Below, one piece after another: positions 29,558 to 40,114 of a DNA stretch of 64,000 nt. The notes beneath the pieces were generated by a model. It was not told the DNA's origin, ran no database searches, and worked only from the letters and a program-made list of their open reading frames with translations. A program made the translations under genes and the position numbers. Every line of letters starts with the position of its first letter. Positions within the stretch are counted from its first letter, which is position 1. The stretch is from assembly GCA_033442325.1 (NCBI GenBank), contig JAWQFM010000029.1, positions 338,966 to 402,965 on the forward strand. The letters are read 5' to 3'. Source of the DNA: Salpingoeca rosetta (lineage: Eukaryota > Protista > Choanoflagellata).

Positions 29558-32500
29558 ATGAGTGAACAACAGCAGCAGAACCAGGAACAGATACCTGAAT
29601 GGTGTGAAGGCCTGATCGAGGCAATCATGGACGGCTCCTGTGAAGGGACACTGACGTAAGTGTGCAGATTTGTGTGTGTATCTGTGTACTGTGTCTGTGT
29701 GTGCGTCTGTGTGTCTGTGTGTGTGTGTGTCTGTGTGTCTGTGTGTGTCTGTGTGTCTGTGTGTGTCTGTGTGTATCTGTGTCTGTGTCTGTGTGTCTGT
29801 GTGCGTGTTTGTGTCTGATCTCTGTGTGTGCGTCTGTGCTACTGTCAGTGAATGTGAGAATCGAGATCAACGTGATGCGTGTGGCCTCATGGATTGATGT
29901 TGTTGATAGGCTGGCAGGGGAATATTTAGACCCGATTTCAGTGTCTGCGCAGATGCTGGCCAGAATTCTTGAGGCGATTGCCTCCAGCAATGCTAGCATC
30001 GTGAAGCTCGTGTGAGTACAGTGAACAAGCAGTACCTCCACAGACATGAGAATTGTGCGTTGGGTTTGGAGCGAGCTACCTCCTCACAAACGATGCGCTG
30101 TTTGTCTCCTCACTGTTGACTGCTAAGTGTGGTGGAAGCACTCCTTCCATGGAAAGCCTTGCTTCCACTCGCATATTCGCTCGAGACGTGGACGTGCTTG
30201 TGCACACGCAGGTACGTGAATCGGGTGGTCCTGGGATCAAACTCTTAGGCCATTGCTGTCAACGTTATCGCGCTACTGTCCTGATGTGATTCACACGCAC
30301 ACCAACTGCACATTGCTGCGCTGCATAACATGTGACCATGCTGTGATATCCTTGTGAGAATGTAACACATGTGTATGAACTCAGCTGTGTTATTCACTGC
30401 ATTTGCTTTGCCCATTTGCTTCCTGCTCCAGTGCAATGGCAACGCTCTTTGGGTGCAACCTTTCCAATGAGCGCATGCACACTGTAGTCAGTGGCCTGCA
30501 AAACCTGATGGGCCTGCGCACCCTCGAGTAGGAACTGCAGTGTGTGGAATGTCGACTTATTATTTGTGTTGCAGGCGGTGTTGCTCGAGGTTGAAAAATG
30601 TCTTCGCCAGCAGATCTGGGGAGACGAAGTTGTGTGCAAAGTGGCCCTTGCGTTGTTACTCCAAGCCCTGTGATGCGCTCACCAACTCTCGGATCTGTGT
30701 TCTTCTTGCCTGAATTGGCATGCACTACCAGTATTCTTCGCATGTCACTTGACCGGACAGAGATGCATGTTTTTTTGTCGACCCTTTCGAAGCTAACAGG
30801 CTTACGATCCCTTTCGTACGTGTTGTCATGAGTGTTGGTTGAAAGTGGCTGTTTGCTCACTCATTTTAATGTGTGTGGTTGGCACGTACACCGTGACTGC
30901 TGGTTTTGGTCCGTTGCCGTGGGTGTTATCTTCTGCATGGGTTGTGCTGTGCGGCTGGCATTGGTCATGAATTCTCACGAACTTTGAATGCGATTGTGTC
31001 TTGATCCACACAGTCTCTTTGCGATCAGCCTGCCACAAAAAGCCGAGAGCAAGCCGAAAACTTGGCAGGAGCTGCTGCAGATGAGGTTTTGTCCGCCGAT
31101 GCTTCATCGGGAATCGTGCTGTGTGCTGACAATTTGATATGGATGGACTATTTGATTGCACGCACGGATGAGGGTGTGGTACATGCATACCAAACTTGGG
31201 GCATCATGCAGTCGAGTCACAGTTCTGTCTAACATGCGCTTGATCTTTCGTGCACTGTGTTGCACTGTGCCTGCTGGACACGCAGCTGTTTCTCCGGGTT
31301 TTTGCCCAAGACACCGGGACCCGGGAGCATGCGCGCACTTGCAGAAGCACTTGCCAAGTTGACGAACCTTCAACAACTCAAGTAAGTGAGCTGAACAAAT
31401 GTTTGATCCGGTTATACGACTGCCAGCTAGCTTTTGCGACGTGCGCGCACGACAGACGACAGGCACAGACACACACGCATAAACAGCGACCGAGAGTGTG
31501 TGTGCGTGTGAGGGCGTGATAGGATTTCCTGTTAAAACACTTGTGACTGGCGGCTTTTGACATTACGAAGATTTGTTTTCTCTGGCATTGAACCTGTTTC
31601 TCAAGACTTGCATTGCATTGTGGTTGTGCTTACTTTGGCTGCGTGTTGCATGTGCAGACTGAACGGCAACAATTTCGGACCTGAGGGCATGGGCGCACTC
31701 GCAGCAGCACTTGCCAAGTTGTCCAACCTTCAACAACTCAAGTTTGTATGGGTGTGTTTGCGTGCGCGTGTGACTTGTGGAGCAGGCCCTACACAGTGGC
31801 GCTTTTGTGAGCGTGCTCAATGTTTGTGGGCTGTTTCGCTGCGTGTCGTGGAAGTTGAGCATGTACATCATGCCACTGACATCAGATGATCGTTGCACTG
31901 CACTTGACCGGTTTGTCATGTATCTTTGCAACTCCCCCCCCCCCAAAAAAATATTAGCTTGTCAACGAACGAGCTTGGGTGCGACGGCATGGGCGCCCTC
32001 GCAACAGCACTTGGCAACTTGACAAGCCTGCAACAACTCAAGTTTGTATACGTGTGTGTGCGCGCGCGTGTGTGTGTGGGTGTGCTGTACGGCCGATTCG
32101 TTGAATTGGTGTGGTGATGGATATGTTCATCGTTTTGCAGCCTGTGTGAGTGCATGTCAGGGTGGCTGAGCGTGTTTTTCATGCCGCTCGCTTTTACCTG
32201 ATGTATTTGTTGTGCGAGGTTGTGACCTCATTCACATCACCACTCTGCGTGATGATTGCACTGTCCTTTTTTTTTTCTTCTTTTTTCCCCTGCGCACTCC
32301 CAACTAGCTTGTCATCGAACGAGCTTGGGTGCGACGGCATGCACGCCCTCGCAACAGCACTTGGCAACTTGACAAGCCTGCAACAACTCGAGTTAGTTAG
32401 TGTGGATTTTATGGGAGACAGACTCGTTGAAGTGGTGTTGTGCTTGAGGTGTCCATGGCTTGCGGTATATTGTAGGAATAGTTGCGCACGTGCATCATTA

Positions 32501-32735
32501 TGGTACAGGGTTGTAGCCGTCGTCACGTGTCGACTCACCAGTGAGTGACGTTTTACGATTGGTGCACTTGCTTTTGCTTTTCTTGTGTGTTGACTGCGGG
32601 CGTGATGTGCAGTCTGAGCAGCAACAACGTTGGACCTGAGGGCATGGGCGCCCTCACAACAGCACTTGCCAAGTTGTCCAACCTTCAACAACTCAAGTTT
32701 GTATGCGTGTGTTTGCGTGTGTGTGTGTGCGTGTG

Positions 32736-32793
<58 letters not shown>

Positions 32794-35700
32794 CGTGTGT
32801 GTGTGTGTGTGTGTGTGTGAAGCACGTGCACGGTGACACTGGGCCCGTAGCCATGGATCATTGTGTGTTACTCACGTTTGACCCCTGATTTATTTTGTGA
32901 TTCCTGATGAACCCTTTTACATCTCGTGCCCATTAGTATCAACAGGAACAGCCTTGGCTCTACGGGCATGCACGCGCTTGCAAGGAGCGTTGAAAACCTG
33001 GCAGCTCTGCGTTATCTCAGGTTTGTGTTTGTTCGTTGTGCTCATTTGTTAACCGATATTGTTGACACGCTGCTATGCACTCCCGACGCGTTTCTCACAT
33101 GTATGCTGACGGCCACTGCAGCGTTACAAACAACAGCATCACGCACCTGACACCTGAGTATCTCAAGACTGTTCACATTCGTGTCGTTGATGTGAACGAA
33201 AACCCCATCCTGTGCCCTCCCGGCTCGGTTCTTACCCCAGAAGAAAGCTTCTGGTATGACGATCTCGATGAGGGGCCCTGGGACAACCGTCAGGGAATAT
33301 TTCCGTATCTACGCGACGTGGAAAAGGGGCACGAGCTTCTCACACGATCTCGCCTCGTGTTTATTGGGGATGGCGGTGTCGGCAAGACCACCCTCAAGGC
33401 GGCGCTGATGATGCTGCACAACGCCGATCGCGAAACGTTGCTGGAGGGCATTCGTACGTCCTTACGCACCGAGTTGAGAAGGTACACAGAGGCCGACTTC
33501 CGCCAGTGGGTGGATCACGATCTGGCGCACAGGGACGGGTTCTTTGACGAGGAGTGCCCGAGGGCCAAGGGTATAACGGGGAAGCGATGGTTGGCATGCA
33601 CCGATGACCAACTGCAGCAGTGGTTTGGCAGTGCAAACACGCCTGCCTCTGAGGACGTTGTGCAGCGCATGCTTCAGGCAAAGCGCTTTCTCCTCAGCAA
33701 AGGTAGCAAATTGTCTTCGTCCAAAGACAGCGGCAGCCCGTTCCAGCAGCTCTTGCACATGCCGCACGTGTGGACGGAAGGCATTGACGTGGACCACTGG
33801 ATCAAGCACGCGTTTGACTTGTGGGATTTTGCGGGCCAGCTGGAGTTCTTCCCGGCCCACCAGCTCTTCATGGCCTCGCACATGGCCGTGTACCTCCTTG
33901 TGTTTGATGCCTCAAAAGGGTTGGAGCATTCCATCGCCCGTATCAGTGTGTGGCTCGGCCTGCTGCAAGCATGCCGCCTGTCTCGACACAAGCAAGCCGA
34001 AGCCGTGCAAGTGCGGCTGGTCGCCACCAAGACAGACTTGCCATCCTTTGATTTTGATCTCCAGCACCTCCACGCTGTTGTGCAAGAGCGGGTTGGAAGC
34101 GAGTTTCATCTTGGACACTGCTGTTTTGCCCCACGCTACGATGAACACGACATTGGTGATGCAGGCGCCGACTTCGGCCTTGTTGCCTTGGATGAAGAAC
34201 TCGCGACACTGCGAAGGGAAGGTGTGCCCTACGTCCAAGTCCCTACCGCCTATTTGAGCATCAAGAACTGTGTGCAGAGCATGAAAATGGAGCAGCACCA
34301 GGTGTGGCCCATCATTAGTGTGTCCGAGATCGACTTCCGAGACAAGGACCCCGACCTCATTTTGAGGTTCTTGGACGATGCGGGTGTGGTGCGGCGCATT
34401 CCCGATGACGAGGACCGGTGTGTGCTGGAGCCGGTGACCTGGCTAAGCAAGCTGATGGCGGCGCTGCTGCACCCGCTGCACGGCTTGAGGCTGACGACTG
34501 CGCAGGCGGGCACAGCAAGCACAGCGGTCTTCGTGCCTGGCGTATCTGTACTACAAGCCGTGAACGCGCTGGAAAAACGAAGCATTCGCATCCCACAGTA
34601 CGCGCAGGACGATTTGCTGCCATTCCTCGCTTCCTTTGACGTGTGCTTTGCACTGGGTGACGGACGCTTCACGTTTCCCGCCCTCCTTCCTCGCCAAGAT
34701 CCTCACCCGACCATCAGAGCCAGGATGAACGAGCTGCTTGGCAGTGAGCCGGGCGTCATCTTTGGACGGCGCCTGCAGTGCACAAAGTCGGACGACTGGC
34801 TGCCGCCCACGTGCTGGTCAGCGATTGTGAGGCGGCTGTTTCCGATTGTGAACGCCATTCGAGGCGTGCCTATCCACCTCAGCTTGGGCATGTTTGTGGC
34901 CCAAATCAACGACACCAATTGCCTGGCGGTGTGCACGGATGATCACGAGTTTTCCCACTGTCTGGATGTGATTGCAGTTGGCGGTAACGCTGCGGTCCTT
35001 GATCTCGCCATGTTCTTTGTCATCAATGGCCTCAAGCGGTTGATGACTTTGTCCACGCTGGAGAAGCGCTGTTTGGTCACAGCTGCCGCAACAGATCCTC
35101 TGGCAGTCACCCAACCCTTGCTCCAGCGCGGCATGCGTACGTTTCCCGCACCCACGACGGTGCGCCCTGGTGCGATCTTACCTCCTCCTCCTCCTGCTGA
35201 AACTGACCTGGTTGGGGTATATTATCACTATCTGCTGCAACATCAATTCCAGTATATTGGGAGCATAGGCCAGCTACTTCACCAACAAGAGCTTCAAGAT
35301 GCGTTTTGTATGACGACAGATCCCCGCATCGTGGAAGAACGACTGCCAACGACCTCCGCACCGCAACCCACGTGGCCTTGTGGTGCGCAACATGTCCTCG
35401 ATGGCATACGGGTTTCGTCGTTGCAATTTATGGGTGGGCTCTTTGGCAAGCACGTGTACGAAGGCAGCATGTCTGATGCTGAAGGCACGGCAGGTGGCAC
35501 ACATGCGCCCTCTCATGCGACAGCTTCCAACACTCAGGTGGCTGTGTGGGCAATTATGCAACCAAGCAGTGCACTGCAGCTACCTGCAAGTGGCACGGTA
35601 CTGCCTGATGCCCTCCTTCGCTACCAGGGCGTTCAGCACGACAGCAGCCTCAACATTTCCTTCCTGCCAGCGCGCGTGCCATGTCACTCGCGCCCGTTGT

Positions 35701-37070
35701 CGCCGGATATCTTGTCCTCCCTTGATCACGCGGCGCTGCGCTCTCTCATCCGTGGCATCACTCACGGACTGCACTTCCTGCACTCGCGTCAGCTCACGCA
35801 CGGCAGCCTATGCGCACATCACGTGCTGTGCTGTCCGCAGGAGGTTGGGGCGAGCGTACCCAGCAGCAGCGTGTACCGTGCAAAGCTGGCTGCATACGGG
35901 CTGGGTGTTGGGTGCATGGATTGTGGTCAGGAGTGGCTGGCACCAGAGCAGCGTGCTGTTGCCCCACATCACCGCCAAAGGTCAAAGTCAGCAGACATGT
36001 TTGCGTTTGGCCAGGTGATTGCATTCATCCGCATGCGTGGCAATGTCAGCAACACCACCACCCCCACCAGCAGCAGCAGCGACAGTACCACCAGTACCAC
36101 CACCAGCGCCATGGCTGGCGTTGTCAACGAGGGTGCAGAGGCGGCGTTTCAGGAAGCGGCCAAGTACGCCGTTGTGCGGCTTACACGCAAGGCACCAGCA
36201 CAACGCGTGAGCGCGGATGATTACCTCCGCACAGCAGAAGGCGGCGGCGTCTTCCTGTTCCAGGACCATGACCCGAGCGACGTGGCGGCGCGCTGCTTGT
36301 TGCCTGCGCTGCAGTTGAGCCAGGTGCGAGTGAAGAAACAGCAGTGCACAAGTGATGAGTGGCAGCAGCTAAGCGCCGACAAGAGGAACGCCATCGGCAA
36401 GTTCCTCAGCCAGTGGACGGGTGGGTATTGGTTGGCGCACACTGGTGTCGGTGGAGGACATGACAACGTCACTGACAAATGGAAGGCTGTGCTACGCCAA
36501 GGAATGCCAGCGCTGATGCATGCCATGGAACACAGTGGCGGCGACTGCAGCAGCAGCAGCACCTGTGGCGATGCGTGTGACTACAGTGATGACGTGCAAG
36601 GGCTGTTTCAATGCATGTACGACCTCGTGTACGATACCCAACCATGGTGCTCTGTGGAAGTGCTGCGTCAAGCTGGCTTGCTGGATGAGACCACTCAGGC
36701 ACTGTGCAAGGCGACACTGTATCGCCAGCTGAACCACATGCTCCCGTCTGTGTTTTTGTGTTTGCACAACTTCCGACGAGCGTCAACGGCGCCCTTCAAG
36801 GCCGCACAGGCTCTGAGCCTGCACTTTGGACACGGTGGTGGCAACGCCAGCGAGAAGCAAAAGAAGCCCGCCACCATGGCGGCAACTGCGCAAGGCGAGT
36901 TGCAGGCGCTGCACCTTGACGATGATGCAATGGAGCTTTCGGCGCCAGACACGGAAGTGTCTAGTTCAACCATCAAAGCAAATCAGAAGAACAAGGCTGC
37001 GTTGAAGTCGGTGCAGCGGTGGTTAGCTGAGGATCAGATGGAAGACGATGACGCCGACGCAGATTGCTGA
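29558..37070 (+). CDS. Roco protein: RNI-like LRRs - Roc GTPase (SAM-like insertion) - COR - pseudokinase - degenerate KEN/RNase-like domain
   Basis: Phase-2 exons 29558-29655, 29910-30011, 30128-30211, 30432-30527, 30732-30815, (31014-31085), 31286-31381, 31658-31741, 31958-32041, 32308-32391, 32613-32696, 32937-33020, then one exon 33122-37070. Roc motifs: [48 protein letters not shown] motifs: VPTAY, LEPVTWL, FPALL. Kinase-like motifs: [36 protein letters not shown]. Confidence 0.9.
31658..32696 (+). repeat. Tandemly duplicated 84-nt LRR exon modules (A-B-B-A arrangement)
   Basis: 31658-31741 and 32613-32696 ([23 protein letters not shown]) are near-identical and share downstream intron starts gtttgtatg(g/c)gtgtgtttgcgtg. 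31958-32041 and 32308-32391 ([24 protein letters not shown]) are near-identical. Confidence 0.9.
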
Positions 37071-38067
37071 TGAGGGTGCGTTGGGGGGGGGGGGTTCCGT
37101 GCAGCGTGTTCGTTGTGAAGGGATTGTGTGTGTGTGTGTGTGTGTGTTTGTGTTTGTTATGTGTTTGTGTGTAAGCACATGGTTGTGTTGTGAATTCTTC
37201 CATCTGCCTGCAGCCATGTACCGTGTGAGGTTGTCTCTGTCTGTGCCTTGCTTTTGCCGTTGTTGGTTTCTCTCTTGCTTTTTTTCGCTTGCGGTCGTGT
37301 GTCGTAAACTCCCTAACACTCCCAACAACCTCAAGCAGCAACACAAGCTAAGCGCGCGCACAGAGCGCATTGCCTCGCACCTTCGCGAGCGCGTCGCAAA
37401 CTGTTCCGTTGCCAAGTCTGTCGGCATGCAAGTGATGCGTGCTTGCAATGCTGTCACGCGATGTGACGGTGATGTGACGGTGATGTGATGTGCGCGTGGC
37501 GTGAGATGTGACTGTGTTCACATTGTGGCGAACAACAAACTTTGGGTGTTTTTGAACGGGGCAGCATGGATTTGGCGCGTTGTGTGTGCTTGGGGGAAAT
37601 ACCCATGAATTTTCTGCATGCATGCATGACACGGCGTTCAAAAACCAGTGTGCAATTGTTTTTGGTGCGGTTTTTGGGTCTCTCTCTTCTGTGTTTTTGG
37701 TTGTTTTGTGTGCGGTATGAACGCACAACCATGTGAACTCGGCACGTCATGGCCGAGCTTGGTTGCCGAGGGAAGGTGCTTCGCGACGACAACATGACAA
37801 CATGACGGTTGTCGAGGAACAGTGCCACGCTGCCTGTGGGCTTGTTGGAGCTGTTGTGTCTCCTGCGTGTCGTCTCTCGCCACAACTGCGTGCCTTTGGT
37901 TTTTGTCTGTTGTCTGTTTTGTTGTGGACTGAGCGTGTGCCAGGTGTGCTGTTCATTTTCTTCGCACACCTGCACACACAAAGCACAAGCACACATCTTC
38001 CAACTTCCCTCCACAAACCTACAAACACACATCCACGCACATCCACACATATCCACAAACCACCACC

Positions 38068-39296
38068 ATGGGATCCCCGCTGATGCTGGTTGCGCTGGCA
38101 CTGGCGGCACTCACAGTCGCCTCCCTTCCTTCTGCGACCCTTGGGGTTAGTGGTCGAGGAAGACCTGGCACGCCCACTATCGCGATGGCCACGTACCAGT
38201 GCGCCACTACCCTGCCTGGCTGTCCTTGTGTCCTGCGTATGGTTGAATGAAGGAAGAGGAAACAAAGTCTGTTTGCTTCGCATCGCGTGCCATGGGCGTC
38301 GATTTTTTGGGTTGTGCGTGCCGAAGCCGTTCTCTCAACCGCGGTACTGCTCAGGATCATTGCGTTGACTGCCGTTCTGCTTTTCCGCTTTCCCCTGTGC
38401 TTGTTGTGACAGGCCGTCACCCTCGGAGATGAGCTGACCGCCTCGGAGTTTTTCGATGAAACGGTACGACACCGCCGCTGCAGCAGCAGCAGAAGAGAAG
38501 GGAGACGCTCGTGTTGTGTAGTGAAGTGAAAATCAACGGACGGGATGACATGCGACATGCATTGGTTCTTTGATGGTGCAAATGCAGGCGTGTGGAAAAG
38601 GTGTGCGCGTGCGACCCTTTTCCTTTTGTAGCTCAACTCCTACTCACGCGAGACAGCAACTAACTGCCTTGTGTTGTTTGGTGCACCTGTTGCTGTGTGT
38701 AGGCCCTCACGACAAGCTGCAGCCAGCTGACCGCGTCTGCTGTTGGCTACTACTTTGAGAGCGGCCAAGCCACCGGCATCTCCCGCTCACGTTGCACACT
38801 TGGCGGTTCCTGCCAGTGCGACCAGCTTGACACCTGCGATACCGGTGGTACGTCTTGTCTGTGTGTGTTGTGTTGTGCGTTGTGTGTGTGTGCGCGTGTA
38901 CATATGTGCGTTGTGTGTTCCATGTGTTACGTGCGCAAGTGTACTTCTTGGGTATGTGTGCGCACACGCATACTTTTGAGGCATTCTACCGCTTGCGCTC
39001 CGCCATTTGTTCCACTTCAGTTGTCCTTCTTTCGTCCTCATCACACGTGGCTGCATGCAAAACATCCTGTGCAGACTGCCTCAGGGTGTATCGGTGCAAC
39101 GACACGACCTTCAACGGATGCTTTGCCGTGACCAACTGCACTCAGAATAGCTTCGACACCACGTTGGAGGTTGGTGCCTCTGTTCATGCGGGCGGGAATA
39201 GACTATTTCCGCTGCCTTTTGTATTGCTGTCATTGGCCACCCTGCACGAATCCCCTCATGACCCCAAACAGAACCCACCCCATTTCATTATTTCTT

Positions 39297-39366
<70 letters not shown>

Positions 39367-40065
39367 CACACTCGCACAGGTGCAAGTTGACTGCAGTCGT
39401 GGGCTTCCACTGGACGAACGTAGCGAGGAAGATTTGGACTTGTTTGCCATGCGCTGGAAACAGGCCCTGAGCGATGATTGCGGCATCACTGGACGGGTGT
39501 GTGCGTGTATGTCTGTGTCTGTGTCTGTGTGGAGGTCGCTTCATCCCCACGCTGTGATGGCTCACACACATACAACCACTACACACACACACACACACTC
39601 TCTCTCTCTCTCTCATACACTGACGCCACAACAGCATAAACGCACACATGCGCATTGTCAGCTGCGAATGCATGTACCAACACAAGAATACACTCACTCA
39701 CTCACTCACACACACACACACTCACTCGCTCGCTCCGCTCACACACACACACACTTACACATGCACACACACTTACACACGCACAGTTGTGCCGGTACTA
39801 TGGCGACACGGCAGAGTCGCTGCAAGTGATCAATGGATCCACCTTCCGCACCACCGCCCTCAATGCTGCCCATGCGGAAGACCTTGCGATTTGCGCAGAG
39901 ACTGCGCAGTTTCGTTTCAACCGCTGCACCGTCGTGTCTGTGGTGGAGGTGTCGGCCACGACGACAACCACAACAACAACGACAACAACCACAACGACCA
40001 CAACAACAACAATCACAACAACCACAACAACCACAACAACCACAATAACCACCACCACTACTACG

Positions 40066-40114
<49 letters not shown>

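Noticed and set aside
28168-29628. 486-aa minus-strand ORF
   Set aside because: It overlaps the Roco start and CT-rich promoter and has no domain signal; the alternative frame with a clean two-exon structure is more plausible.
33122-37070. Long intronless ORF as a transposon or viral insertion
   Set aside because: No RT, integrase, transposase or terminal repeats; it splices in phase to the upstream LRR exons.
29558-37070. Calling the Roco gene LRRK1/2 or an NLR
   Set aside because: It has no WD40/ANK/ARM domains, the kinase is degenerate and Ire1-like, and the NTPase has small-GTPase G1-G4 motifs rather than NACHT/NB-ARC motifs.
37068-37073. TGA TGA as selenocysteine read-through in the Roco gene
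   Set aside because: I could not recognise a SECIS element and the context is an acidic tail; a frameshift or UTR intron explains the downstream features better.
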